A stretch of DNA of 64,000 nucleotides from Lachnospiraceae bacterium (GTDB taxonomy: Bacteria; Bacillota; Clostridia; Lachnospirales; Lachnospiraceae): contig JAETON010000008.1 in assembly GCA_021771695.1 (NCBI GenBank), forward strand, positions 8,089-72,088, in the 5' to 3' direction. Made by a program: the position numbers and the translations under genes. The notes below the pieces were generated by a model that made no database searches, had not been told where the DNA came from, and saw only the letters and a list, made by a program, of their open reading frames with translations. Below, in pieces: positions 18,162-28,339 of the stretch (positions are counted from its first letter, which is position 1; every line of letters begins with the position of its first letter).

Positions 18162-19613
18162 CTATCTTCTGAACTTTAAACCTTTCCAAGTATACGGACT
18201 CAACAATACCAGCATAGGAAACAGTTCCAATCTTCCTGCCAGCATATCAAATATCAGCACAAATTTCGAGAACACAGAAAACATTCCAAAGTTTCCTGTC
18301 GGTCCTACTAATTCCAAACCAGGTCCGATATTGTTCAACGTTGCTACCACCGCAGTAAAATTCGTAATAAAGTCATAATTATCCAGCGCAATCAACGCTG
18401 TCGATGTTATCAAAATCACACAATATGTAATAAAGAAAATGTTTACAGAACGCTGTACTTCATGCTCCACCACTCTGCCGTTCAGCTTAATCTTACGGAC
18501 ATTTCTTGGATGGACATAAAAAAGCAATTCTTTTTTCACTGTCTTTAACATCAAAATAATACGAGAGATTTTAATTCCTCCTCCGGTACTCCCTGCACAG
18601 GCTCCAATAAACATTAAAAGCACCAGTACGGTTTTGGAAAACTCCGGCCAGTCATTGAAATTATTAGAAGCAAAGCCAGTCGTCGTAATGATAGAACCCA
18701 CTTGAAAAAATGCATGGCGGAATGCTGCTTCAATGGTTGGAAATAATCCTCGGATATTATAAGTAATCATAGCAACTGCTGCTGCAATAACAAATAAGTA
18801 ATATCTTAATTCCTCATAACAAAATGCATCTTTAAATTTTTTAATTAACATGAAATAATACACATTAAAATTCACACCAAACATAATCATAAATATCGTG
18901 ACTACATACTGAATATATGGTGTATATTCCGCAAATCCGGAATTCAAAAAAGAAAAGCCGCCGGTTCCTGCTGTTCCAAAAGAAATCAACAATGCTTCAA
19001 ATAAAGACTGTCCTCCAAGCAATAGTAAAACAACTTCTACCAGTGTCATGAAACAATAAATTCCATATAAAATCATAGATGTCTTTTTCAATTTCGGTAC
19101 TAGTTTCCCGACAGAAGGTCCTGGACTTTCTGCACGCATCAAATGAAGGTTCTGCCCTCCTGTTAACGGAAGAATTGCCAAAATAAATACGATAACACCC
19201 ATTCCCCCAATCCAATGGGTAAAACTTCTCCAAAACAAACTGCATTTTGCTAAAACCTCTACATCAGACAAAATGCTTGCCCCTGTTGTAGTAAAACCGG
19301 AAACCGTCTCAAATAATGCATCCGGCATAAATGGAATATCTCCATTTAATACAAAAGGAAGTGCCCCAAAAAAACTCAAAACAATCCAGCTGGCTGCTAC
19401 TGTTATGAATCCTTCTTTTGCATAAAAAAATGTTTTTTCCGGTTTCCGTCGAGTAGATAAAATGCCAAGCAAAAAGCATATCAGCATTATAACAGCAAAA
19501 GAAAGGCACTGTTCTTCTTGATAAATCACTCCAACAAGACTTGGCAGTGATAAAAAGATTCCTTCAAATAAAACTACCAATCCTACAATATATCGAATCA
19601 TCGAAAAATTCAT
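18162..19613 (-). CDS. trkH: Trk K+ uptake membrane subunit
   Basis: 'FETVSGFTTTG', 'GTAGTGGF', 'TTTGF', 'GACAGSTGGGIK', 'NNIGPG', 'GRLELFP'. Confidence 0.95.
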   Translation of the reverse strand: MNFSMIRYIVGLVVLFEGIFLSLPSLVGVIYQEEQCLSFAVIMLICFLLGILSTRRKPEKTFFYAKEGFITVAASWIVLSFFGALPFVLNGDIPFMPDALFETVSGFTTTGASILSDVEVLAKCSLFWRSFTHWIGGMGVIVFILAILPLTGGQNLHLMRAESPGPSVGKLVPKLKKTSMILYGIYCFMTLVEVVLLLLGGQSLFEALLISFGTAGTGGFSFLNSGFAEYTPYIQYVVTIFMIMFGVNFNVYYFMLIKKFKDAFCYEELRYYLFVIAAAVAMITYNIRGLFPTIEAAFRHAFFQVGSIITTTGFASNNFNDWPEFSKTVLVLLMFIGACAGSTGGGIKISRIILMLKTVKKELLFYVHPRNVRKIKLNGRVVEHEVQRSVNIFFITYCVILITSTALIALDNYDFITNFTAVVATLNNIGPGLELVGPTGNFGMFSVFSKFVLIFDMLAGRLELFPMLVLLSPYTWKGLKFRR

Positions 19614-19625
19614 ATTTCTGCCTTA

Positions 19626-20987
19626 TTATCCTTTCTTCAAAATGTCTTTTATATCATGCAGTCCTTTTTTCGTTGTAACTACAACAACCATATCATCTTC
19701 CTGAATATAATCTTGTCCATTCGGTATCATGCCTTTTCCATTGCGGTAAATACTGCAGATTAACAGATTTTTTATAATCGGCAGATCTTGAATTGGTTTT
19801 CCAGCCACCGGACAGCCTTTTTGGATATGAAATTCTAAGGCTTCTGCTCTTCCATCCATCAGCTTGTATAAATTTTCAATATTACTTCCAATGGAATTTT
19901 GTTTCGCACGAACATGCTGCACCAAATATTGTGCTGTTAAAAATTCCGGATAAATCATACTTCCAAGTTCTAAACGTTCAATCATAGAATCGTAGTTCAT
20001 TTTCTGTACTTTTGTAATCAATTTTGCATCGGTCTGGCTCTGTGCATATAGAGACAGGAATATATTTTCTTCATCATGGTTCGTTAATGCGATAAATGCA
20101 TCACTTTCCATCAGCCCTTCTTCTAAAAGTACATTTTGCTCCATTCCATTTCCATTAATCACCATTGCTTTTGGAAGCAGAGAACTAAGTTCTTCACATC
20201 GTTTTAAATCTTTATCCAGTACTTTTACACGAATACCGCTGCTGATTAGCAGCTGTGTCAAATAGAAGGCAATCTTACTTCCTCCAACAATCATCGCATC
20301 ATGAATTTGGCTGTCTTTCTCCCCGATTTTTCGGAAGAAGTCCATGGCAGATGCCGGCGAAGCAACCAATGAAATCACATCTTTTTCCTTCAAGGCAAAC
20401 ATACCATTCGGAATGACTAATTCTCTCTTCCGCTCAACTGCACATATCAAAACTTCACATTTTAACTGCTCTGAAATGTCCATCAAAGTCATGCCGTCCA
20501 ATTTTGATCCAACCGGAACCCGATATTTCAACATTTCAATCCGTCCCTTGGAAAAAGCATTCACTTCCATGGCAGAAGGGAATCTTAAGAGTCTTGCAAT
20601 TTCATATGCTGCTCCAAGTTCCGGATTCAACACCATAGAAATCCCAAGTTCTTCCCGGATAAATCCAATTTCCTCGTAATAGATCGGATTCCTTACTCTG
20701 GCTACTGTCTCACATTTTCCTGTTTTCTTTGCAATCAAACAGCAAAGAAGATTCAACTCATCGGAATTCGTTACAGCAATAACAATATCCGCCTTCTCAA
20801 TGCCGGCTTCCTGCAAAATAACATTGCTGGCTCCATTTCCGATCACTCCCAGTACATCATATGTATTGGCAAGATTTTGTACCACCTCTGGTTTTTCATC
20901 AATAATGGAAATGTCATGGTTTTCTCCACTTAATTCTTCTACCAAAGTGGAGCCAATCCTTCCACACCCTACAATGATAATGTTCAT
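19626..20987 (-). CDS. trkA: Trk K+ uptake NAD-binding subunit
   Basis: Two RCK units; 'IIVGCGRIG', 'AVTNSDELN', 'IVGGSKIA'. Confidence 0.95.
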   Translation of the reverse strand: MNIIIVGCGRIGSTLVEELSGENHDISIIDEKPEVVQNLANTYDVLGVIGNGASNVILQEAGIEKADIVIAVTNSDELNLLCCLIAKKTGKCETVARVRNPIYYEEIGFIREELGISMVLNPELGAAYEIARLLRFPSAMEVNAFSKGRIEMLKYRVPVGSKLDGMTLMDISEQLKCEVLICAVERKRELVIPNGMFALKEKDVISLVASPASAMDFFRKIGEKDSQIHDAMIVGGSKIAFYLTQLLISSGIRVKVLDKDLKRCEELSSLLPKAMVINGNGMEQNVLLEEGLMESDAFIALTNHDEENIFLSLYAQSQTDAKLITKVQKMNYDSMIERLELGSMIYPEFLTAQYLVQHVRAKQNSIGSNIENLYKLMDGRAEALEFHIQKGCPVAGKPIQDLPIIKNLLICSIYRNGKGMIPNGQDYIQEDDMVVVVTTKKGLHDIKDILKKG

Positions 20988-21120
20988 TTTTTCAACCTCT
21001 TCATATAAGCTTCATGAATTTTTCATCTTTTTTATTTTATCATAGGATATGACAAATTACAAAAAGAGCCATCAAAAAAATGGCTCTTTTCACAAATTTT
21101 TTCAAATTTCCTGCACAATT

Positions 21121-21723
21121 TTAGTTTTTACAATCAAATGCAGGGTTGAATGCGTAAAAGTTTTTAGAATCTAAATGTTCCTGCACAAGCCTTAATGCTT
21201 CTCCAAATCTTTGGAAATGCACAATTTCACGTTCCCTTAAAAAGGCAATAGGATCTCTGACATCCGGATCTTTTATCAAACGCAGTAAATTGTCATAAGT
21301 GGTTCTTGCTTTTTGTTCTGCAGCAAGGTTTTCGCTTAAATCTGTAATTGGATCTCCTGTAGATTGGAACATGGATGCACTAAATGGTTCCCCGCTGGCA
21401 GCCTGCGGCCATACACCTGTAGTATGATCAACATAATACTGGTCAAAACCGCCTGCAACAATCTGTTCCGGCGTCAAATGATTGGTTAGCTGATGCACAA
21501 TTGCTGATACAATTTCTAAATGAGCCAGTTCTTCCGTTCCGATGTCTGTTAATACCCCGCAGACTTCTTTATACGGCATTGCAAAACGCTGTGACAAATA
21601 CCGCATAGACGCTCCAAGCTCACCATTTGGCCCGCCATACTGAGTAATAATGACCTTTGCCAATTCAGGATTATTTTCTTTGATATTTATTGGATATTCC
21701 AGCCGCTTTTCATAATTCCACAT
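21121..21723 (-). CDS. cotJC: Spore coat manganese-catalase-family protein
   Basis: 'MWNYEKRLEYP', 'QYGGPNGEL', 'DIGTEELAHLE', 'REREIVHFQRFGE'. Confidence 0.93.
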   Translation of the reverse strand: MWNYEKRLEYPINIKENNPELAKVIITQYGGPNGELGASMRYLSQRFAMPYKEVCGVLTDIGTEELAHLEIVSAIVHQLTNHLTPEQIVAGGFDQYYVDHTTGVWPQAASGEPFSASMFQSTGDPITDLSENLAAEQKARTTYDNLLRLIKDPDVRDPIAFLREREIVHFQRFGEALRLVQEHLDSKNFYAFNPAFDCKN

Positions 21724-21724
21724 C

Positions 21725-21994
21725 TTAACATCCCTCCTTCATCCAAGGCCATTTTGCGGTAGACCACGTAAATGTGTCCGTAATTTCTGCAGAATCTATG
21801 GTTAAAGGTTCAAAGTATTGGGAATACTCTTTTACAGCTCGATTCCTTGCCTCTTGATACTGCTGAAAATGATTGATTGCTTCCTGATCGTCCGGATGTG
21901 TATCCAAATATAATGTTGTATCAATCAGAGCGAAGCTGACAGCATTAATATAATCCAATAATTTTTTTTGATCGTATTTATTCATCGCCGGCAC
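21725..21994 (-). CDS. cotJB: Spore coat protein CotJB
   Basis: 'SFAL.DT.LYLDTHPDD.EA', 'PLT', 'W...WPW'. Confidence 0.9.
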   Translation of the reverse strand: MPAMNKYDQKKLLDYINAVSFALIDTTLYLDTHPDDQEAINHFQQYQEARNRAVKEYSQYFEPLTIDSAEITDTFTWSTAKWPWMKEGC

Positions 21995-22254
21995 GCTCCC
22001 TTCCCATAAAACGGCTTATTTAATTCTGGGAAAATTGTTCCATACTGCAATCCTTCTTCTGGACAGTAAATCTGATCCCAATGCTGCCATGGAACATACT
22101 GCATTGCAATTGTCATGGAGTCTACACCTGCATGTTGATGTCCATGCGCACGATGTTTTTTCATCATAGAATCATATTCACACCGTGGTTCCATGGATCG
22201 ATTCATCGGACGGTTTCTTTGACAGGAACAATCCTGTCCGCTATATCTTTCCAC
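21982..22254 (-). CDS. cotJA: Spore coat-associated protein CotJA
   Basis: 'AMQYVPWQHW...Y.PEEGL.YGTIFPEL.KPF'; synteny with cotJB and cotJC. Confidence 0.88.
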   Translation of the reverse strand: MERYSGQDCSCQRNRPMNRSMEPRCEYDSMMKKHRAHGHQHAGVDSMTIAMQYVPWQHWDQIYCPEEGLQYGTIFPELNKPFYGKGACRR

Positions 22255-22283
22255 AAATATTCTCCTTTCTTATCTGTACTGTT

Positions 22284-22310
22284 ATTTTATGTGAACAATA
22301 TCAGAATGTG
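22284..22310 (-). promoter_or_regulatory. Putative mother-cell (sigma-K/E-type) promoter of cotJABC
   Basis: Minus strand CACA-N15-CATAAAAT. Confidence 0.45.
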
Positions 22311-22404
22311 CAGATACCAGAAAGAAGATACTATGGAAAAACAGACAAGTTTTTCAAAAAAAGAAAGACCTCTATGAAGAGATCTTTCTAAATAAATGAT
22401 TATA

Positions 22405-23931
22405 TTATTCCGCTTTACTTAACCTTGCTGCTTCATCAAATTCTTTTTTCATAATATCACTTGGTTCTTCTGTACACAGACTAACGACTACAATTAGAAT
22501 GGAAGATACAATAAATGCTGGAAGCAGACAGTAAATTTCAAAAATACCACCTAATTTTGCAAGTGTCATCGGCCAGATAAATGCTAAAATACCGCCGCTT
22601 AACATTCCTGCAACAGCACCTTTTAAATTCGTACGTTTCCAGAATAAGGAAAACAATACCAATGGTCCAAAAGCTCCTCCAAAGCCTGCCCATGCATTCT
22701 CTACCAATCCGAATACAGAACTATTTTCATCCATCGCAATAATCACTCCAACAACTGCAATTACAATGGTTGTAATTCTTGAAATCATCAATACATGCTT
22801 CTCCGTTGCATCCTTTTTCAAAATTCCTTGGAATAAGTCTTTAGATACACAGGAAGATGCAATTAAAAGCTGCGAATCTGATGTACTCATCGTCGCTGCA
22901 AGAATTCCAGATAAAATAATACCAGCCAAAAACAACGGAAGCAGCCCTTTAAACAAATGTGTTGTCATATAAATAAAAATTCTCTGATTTCCAGACCCCT
23001 GCAATTCTGCCACATTTGGATACAATGCTGCACCGGTAAACCCAATCAATACTGCAACTGTCAAAGAAATAACCACCCATATCATTGCAATATTTTTAGA
23101 TTTTCTCATCTCCTGTGGATTACGGATTGCCATAAATCTTACAAGAATATGTGGAACTCCAAAATAACCAAGTCCCCATGCAAGTCCGGAAAGAATCGGA
23201 ATGATTCCTTGTGATACTGCACCTCCGGTTGCCGGATCGTGATATTTCATCACGTCAAAAAAACCTTCCATTCCTTTTCCGTGTTCAATCACATTTCCAG
23301 CTCCTCCAACTGCAGAAATTCCAACAATTAATACAATCACAATTGCAAAAGACATTAAAAGCCCCTGTATCAAGTCTGTGGTACTGGCTGCTAAGAACCC
23401 TCCCAAAGAAGTATACAGTACAATAACGATTGCACATACGATCATACTCATCTGGTAATTCAATCCGAATACAGAATTAAATAAAGTTCCACAAGCAGCA
23501 AATCCAGATGCTGTATAAACTGTAAAAAACACTAAAATCATAATTGCCGCAATACTGCTCAAAATTTTCTTATCATCTTTATAACGATTGCTGAAGAAAT
23601 CCGGCAATGTAATAGAGTTTTCTGATACTTCTGTATAATGGCGCAGACGTTTTGCTACAATCTTCCAATTTAAATATGTACCAAGAATCAATCCAATAGC
23701 TGTCCATCCTGCCTGACTGAATCCTGTTGCATATGCAAGTCCCGGAAGTCCCATTAAAAGCCAGCTGCTCATATCGGATGCTTCTGCACTCATGGCAGTC
23801 ACCCATGGCCCCAGTCCTCGTCCTCCTAAAAAGTAATCTTCTGACGTCTGATTCTTCTTGCTGTATGCAATTCCAATCCAGACAACCAATGCCATATATC
23901 CCATCATGGCAATCAATATCGGTGCTTTCAT
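22405..23931 (-). CDS. putP: Sodium/proline symporter
   Basis: 'DYFLGGRGLGPWVTAMSAEASDMS.WLLMGLPG', 'WGLGYFG.PHIL.RFMA', 'AWAGFG..FGP'. Confidence 0.9.
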   Translation of the reverse strand: MKAPILIAMMGYMALVVWIGIAYSKKNQTSEDYFLGGRGLGPWVTAMSAEASDMSSWLLMGLPGLAYATGFSQAGWTAIGLILGTYLNWKIVAKRLRHYTEVSENSITLPDFFSNRYKDDKKILSSIAAIMILVFFTVYTASGFAACGTLFNSVFGLNYQMSMIVCAIVIVLYTSLGGFLAASTTDLIQGLLMSFAIVIVLIVGISAVGGAGNVIEHGKGMEGFFDVMKYHDPATGGAVSQGIIPILSGLAWGLGYFGVPHILVRFMAIRNPQEMRKSKNIAMIWVVISLTVAVLIGFTGAALYPNVAELQGSGNQRIFIYMTTHLFKGLLPLFLAGIILSGILAATMSTSDSQLLIASSCVSKDLFQGILKKDATEKHVLMISRITTIVIAVVGVIIAMDENSSVFGLVENAWAGFGGAFGPLVLFSLFWKRTNLKGAVAGMLSGGILAFIWPMTLAKLGGIFEIYCLLPAFIVSSILIVVVSLCTEEPSDIMKKEFDEAARLSKAE

Positions 23932-24075
23932 ATAAACTTCTCCTCTTCTATCTTAGTATATTTTAAGAATTTCTTCTCATGACTTTAAAATATGTCTGCC
24001 ATTATATCACAAAACACCATATAAAATCAAGAAAACCCCCTATGTTTCCTGCATAGAGGACATTTTCTTATATTT

Positions 24076-24261
24076 TTAGTCTCTTTCCGGCATAACAATG
24101 GCTGCCACAATATATACCAAAAACCCCGAACCAGTCGTACAAAGCAGTGCTGCTGCAATTCTTACTAATGTGGGATCTACATCAAAATATTCTGCCACAC
24201 CACCACATACTCCGCAAATAATCTGGTCATTTTTTGATTTATACAATCTTTTCTTACTCAT
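24076..24261 (-). CDS. PspC-domain protein
   Basis: 'KRLYKS..D..I.GVCGGVAEYFDVDPTLVR...Y.VAAIVMP'. Confidence 0.9.
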   Translation of the reverse strand: MSKKRLYKSKNDQIICGVCGGVAEYFDVDPTLVRIAAALLCTTGSGFLVYIVAAIVMPERD

Positions 24262-25024
24262 GCTGTCCCTCCTGTATATTTTCTTGATTTAAAAAATCTA
24301 TGGTTACGTCACCACTTCCGCAGTCTATTTCAATCATTCCATTTCCATGATGATTTTCATTTTCATATTCGCTTCCTGAGAAACGTTCCGTACCAATCAA
24401 AACGTCTCCGCTTCCGCAGTCTATTTCATAATTATAATCTTGTTTTGATCCGGTAAATGTCATATTTACATCTCCAGAACCGCAGTCTATTTCTGTTTTC
24501 TGTGTACTTAATTGATGAATCTCTACCATTCCGCTTCCACAATCAACAACTGTTTCATGGGCTTTCCCATGTTCCATTTTTACATCTCCACTTCCCACAT
24601 CAATGTCTAATTCATCAAAATTAACATCTTGTGGCAGCATTAAAACAGCATCTGCTCCGGAATCTGCACTGAAAAACCAAACATGTTTGGAACTCTGCTT
24701 GATAGACAATGTCCCATCATTTTTTATTTCTGCATACATTCCGGCATCGGTATCTGAATTCTTCAAAACAATCTCATTCCCGGTTCCTTTCACCACTTGA
24801 AGGGTTCCGCTTCCAATATCAATCTCCATAGAACGAATCTGTTGTTTATCAAAACGATATTCCTGCTTTACTTCTTTTCCAAACCGAAACCCATGAAACC
24901 TTGTAAATCGTGTAAATCTCTTTGGTATAGATACCCCCATGCCAAATGCAGCAGCCATACATCCAATTCCTATCACGCTAAATAAAATGACCAATATAAT
25001 ACATATTTTTTGAAACTTTTTCAT
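24254..25024 (-). CDS. DUF4097-type (LiaG-like) beta-repeat protein
   Basis: N-terminal TM segment; repeated 'IDxGSG.V' units. Confidence 0.8.
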   Translation of the reverse strand: MKKFQKICIILVILFSVIGIGCMAAAFGMGVSIPKRFTRFTRFHGFRFGKEVKQEYRFDKQQIRSMEIDIGSGTLQVVKGTGNEIVLKNSDTDAGMYAEIKNDGTLSIKQSSKHVWFFSADSGADAVLMLPQDVNFDELDIDVGSGDVKMEHGKAHETVVDCGSGMVEIHQLSTQKTEIDCGSGDVNMTFTGSKQDYNYEIDCGSGDVLIGTERFSGSEYENENHHGNGMIEIDCGSGDVTIDFLNQENIQEGQHE

Positions 25025-25710
25025 AATGTTTCCCCTTCCTTATGAAACAACTTCCGAAACACTCCAACCACTGCTCTTACCAATGCCGGAAGTATTTTGG
25101 CAAGAATCCATACCCAAAACAGCATCAGCAAAATTCCAACAGCAATCATCACCAAACCACCGCCAAACATCATAAGACCGGTTGGCAGAACTGTAAACAT
25201 TTTTACAACTCCTGCAATTGTTAATCCAATTCCACCGCCGATTAACCCAATACATCCGCCTCCAAGTCCCACAAATATACCAAGAAAACCGCCTGCAAGA
25301 CCTAAAAGTCCACCTCCAACTCCAAAAACAGCTCCTGCAATTGCGGGAATTGCAGAGCCAAATGCCAGAACCACAATCAAGATTAATACGGCAATGTTTC
25401 GGTTTCGATCTCCTTTAAAATGCCATGATTCTTTCTTTCTCTTTCCCGGCATTTTATTTTTATCATCATACCGTTTATTATAATATCCATTCTCTGTATA
25501 TTCGCCTTCTCCACTATTCCCTCTGACAGAATCGCGAATCATCGCTGCAATCTTTTCAGGACTTCCCAGTTCTTCAATAACTCTCTGTTCATTTTCCGGT
25601 CCTGCTTCTTCAAAATAATCCTCATAGTATTCCAATGCTTCTTCTCTTTCTTCTGTTGGAATATCCTGCAGAAGAAATGCAAGTCTCTCCAAATATTCTG
25701 TTCGGTTCAT
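25021..25710 (-). CDS. DUF1700-type membrane protein
   Basis: 'MNR.EYLE.L..LL..IP.EER.EALEYY.DYFEE.G..E...ELGSPE.IA' followed by TM segments. Confidence 0.85.
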   Translation of the reverse strand: MNRTEYLERLAFLLQDIPTEEREEALEYYEDYFEEAGPENEQRVIEELGSPEKIAAMIRDSVRGNSGEGEYTENGYYNKRYDDKNKMPGKRKKESWHFKGDRNRNIAVLILIVVLAFGSAIPAIAGAVFGVGGGLLGLAGGFLGIFVGLGGGCIGLIGGGIGLTIAGVVKMFTVLPTGLMMFGGGLVMIAVGILLMLFWVWILAKILPALVRAVVGVFRKLFHKEGETL

Positions 25711-26036
25711 ACGTTTTCTCCTCCTTCAAAAATCTCCGAAATTCTCATAGAATAACGTTTCCATTCACTGCGGTACAGATTCAGCTGCACTCTGCCTTCC
25801 GGTGTTATCTTATAATATCTTCGATTTCTTCCTCCAAATTCCTTATCATACACTTCCAGACAACCATCTTTCTTCAGCCGCCGTAAAACAGGATATAAAG
25901 TTGATTCAGAAACTTCCAGTACCTGCCGGACATCTTGTGTAATTTTATATCCATAAGTGCCTTCCTCTTCTCTTGAAACAACTGCCAGAACAACGGCGTC
26001 CAAAAGAGCTGCACCCGTGTTAAAAACCATTGGCAT
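25707..26036 (-). CDS. PadR-family transcriptional regulator
   Basis: 'YGY.I...SESTLYPVLRRL', 'RRYYKIT..G'. Confidence 0.92.
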   Translation of the reverse strand: MPMVFNTGAALLDAVVLAVVSREEEGTYGYKITQDVRQVLEVSESTLYPVLRRLKKDGCLEVYDKEFGGRNRRYYKITPEGRVQLNLYRSEWKRYSMRISEIFEGGENV

Positions 26037-26058
26037 TCTCCTTCTATCTTTTTTATAA

Positions 26059-26117
26059 TATTATTCATTGTTTAATACTATATGACATATAATATCGTGT
26101 TTTGCACAGTATGTCAA
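26059..26117 (-). promoter_or_regulatory. sigma-A promoter of the padR operon overlapped by three tandem palindromes
   Basis: TTGACA (26112-17)-N17-TATTAT (26089-94); 19-bp palindromes at 26093-111, 26076-094 and 26059-077. Confidence 0.6.
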
Positions 26118-26190
26118 TATAAAAAAAGCACCATAGCTCCAAACACCCCTTTTCAAACCAAATGTTTGTCGTCATGGTACTTTTTTCTTT

Positions 26191-27498
26191 TTACTTTAAT
26201 ACAGTTTTTAATTTTTTTACAGCTTTTTTCCCAGCCTTGCTATGCAAATCCTGGTAATCAAAAAATGCAAATCCATCCACACCTTTTTTTCTTCCATACT
26301 GCACTTGCTTTTTCAATACATTGGTATCTTTTTTCCATTCTTTCCGTTCTGCACGATTCTGTCCTGTGTTATGTCCTGCACGATATACAGCAATACCTAT
26401 ATAAAGTTTTACTTTTTTCTTTTTTGCAGCTTTTACCCAGCGGTTGGTAACCTTGTCAAACTTAGCTGTCGGATGTTTAAATCCCCAGTAAATCTGCGGA
26501 CAGATATAATCTACATATTTCGTAGAATTCAGCCACTTGTAAATATCTACATAATATGAATATTTACTTGTCAGATTGTCAATATTTCCAGCCGGACTGA
26601 TTCCATAAGTTACATTCGGATCAATCTTTTTAATTTCTGCTTTCATCTGGCTTACCAAAGAATTCACCTGTGCACGGCGGTATGTATAAATACTTTTTTT
26701 CTTCTTTTTATAGGAAGATTTTTTATATTCCTTTGCATCGAATGCCTTTTTTACATTTTTTTTCGTAAATGACGGGTAGAAATAATCATCCATATGAATT
26801 CCATCCACATCATAATTGCGTACAATCTCTTTGGCACCATTGATAATCAGCTTTTTCACAGCCTTTTTGGAAGGATTATAATAAAGACTTCCACCGTAAG
26901 ACAATACATTTCTCCTCGTCGACTTTTTCGCATGCCACTTCCTTGCAGGATTCTTCTTGGAAAGTTTTTTATAATTTGTGGAACCTTTCGTTACACGATA
27001 TGGATTTACCCATGCTTCAATTTTCATTCCATTTTGATGTGCCACAGAAACCATGATTTTCAATGGATCAAACCCCGGATTCCGCCCCTGCTTCCCGGAA
27101 ATATATTTGGACCATGGAAAATATTTTGATTTATATATTGCATCGCCAAACGGACGGACATGCACAATAATCCGATTCATTCCAAGGCTTTTTCCTTTTT
27201 TTACAACACCTGTAAAATAAGATTTAAAATTTGCGGCTGTTCTTTTTTTATATTTTGCACGGTATGCATCATAATCATAAAAAGAAAACCAATATGCTCT
27301 GTATTCTTTCCGGGCAGCTTGATTCGGTGCTTCTGTTCCAGAAATTGCTGAGGCTGTCGTTGACACTTTTGCTGCCCGTGTCTGCTCCCTGCCTGTACCT
27401 GCTGCCTCAATTACCGTCTGACTGCACAAATTTACAAACACTGCACTTGCCAAAAGCAATGCCAGCCAACGCAGTTTCCCCATTTTTGACTCCTTCAT
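26191..27498 (-). CDS. Secreted GHL10/YngK-like (DUF187) glycoside hydrolase
   Basis: Signal peptide; 'HVRP.GDA.Y.S.YFPWS', 'FDPL', 'EAWVNPYR', 'YDVDGIHMDDYFYP', 'DYICPQIYW'. Confidence 0.85.
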   Translation of the reverse strand: MKESKMGKLRWLALLLASAVFVNLCSQTVIEAAGTGREQTRAAKVSTTASAISGTEAPNQAARKEYRAYWFSFYDYDAYRAKYKKRTAANFKSYFTGVVKKGKSLGMNRIIVHVRPFGDAIYKSKYFPWSKYISGKQGRNPGFDPLKIMVSVAHQNGMKIEAWVNPYRVTKGSTNYKKLSKKNPARKWHAKKSTRRNVLSYGGSLYYNPSKKAVKKLIINGAKEIVRNYDVDGIHMDDYFYPSFTKKNVKKAFDAKEYKKSSYKKKKKSIYTYRRAQVNSLVSQMKAEIKKIDPNVTYGISPAGNIDNLTSKYSYYVDIYKWLNSTKYVDYICPQIYWGFKHPTAKFDKVTNRWVKAAKKKKVKLYIGIAVYRAGHNTGQNRAERKEWKKDTNVLKKQVQYGRKKGVDGFAFFDYQDLHSKAGKKAVKKLKTVLK

Positions 27499-27534
27499 TT
27501 ATACTTTTCCTCCTCTTTTCGCAAATATGGTACC

Positions 27535-28308
27535 TCACACCCATCCAAAATGCTCGCAGGCTTTCTTAATTCCATCATTTACATTGGTGTCTGTCACATA
27601 ATTTGCCACATCTTTTAAATCCTGGCATCCATTTCCCATGGCAATTGAAAACCATTCCGGACAAAACATATCCATGTCGTTATAATCATCTCCAAATACA
27701 ACCACATCTTTAATATCCGCATTTAAATGCTTCATCATATTGATGATACCGCCGCGTTTATTGTCCGGCTGAAACATTAAATATTCCGGTTCAAATCGCA
27801 AATGTCCAACCAAATCTTTTGTTGTCAGTTTCCCTTCTTCCTCTTTCGGAATTGCGACATAAACCTTAAAATATTTTTCTACTGCTTCTAAATCCAATTC
27901 GTCATCAATAATATAACGAGTCGGCTCTTTTCTCTTACCAACCTGACGCAGGAATAAATCATTGGTCATATATACATCTCTAGTATCGTCCATAACGATG
28001 CACCATCCATAACCCAATTCCTCTGCCTGACGTGCAATTTTAATACACCCTTCTTTATCCAATGGAATATTTTCTACAAATTCGTCATTAATTACATATC
28101 CATTTCCACCATTGCAGACCATATTCTTGAACCCATTGGCCTTTGTAAATTTTTCTGCCTTGTAATGAGCACGTCCTGTTGCAATGGCAACAAAATGTCC
28201 GTTTTCCTCCAATTTCCTCAAGGTTTCCAATGCGCTTGGTACAACCTGATTTGTTTTTCTGTCTGTCAAAGTACCATCGATGTCAAAAAAGAAATATTTC
28301 TTATCCAT
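27535..28308 (-). CDS. HAD-superfamily (Cof-type) phosphatase
   Basis: 'FFDIDGTL', 'ATGR', 'K..G', 'FGDDYND', 'AMGNG'. Confidence 0.92.
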   Translation of the reverse strand: MDKKYFFFDIDGTLTDRKTNQVVPSALETLRKLEENGHFVAIATGRAHYKAEKFTKANGFKNMVCNGGNGYVINDEFVENIPLDKEGCIKIARQAEELGYGWCIVMDDTRDVYMTNDLFLRQVGKRKEPTRYIIDDELDLEAVEKYFKVYVAIPKEEEGKLTTKDLVGHLRFEPEYLMFQPDNKRGGIINMMKHLNADIKDVVVFGDDYNDMDMFCPEWFSIAMGNGCQDLKDVANYVTDTNVNDGIKKACEHFGWV

Positions 28309-28339
28309 AGCTTTGTCCCTTTCTTGATAGTAATTTATT

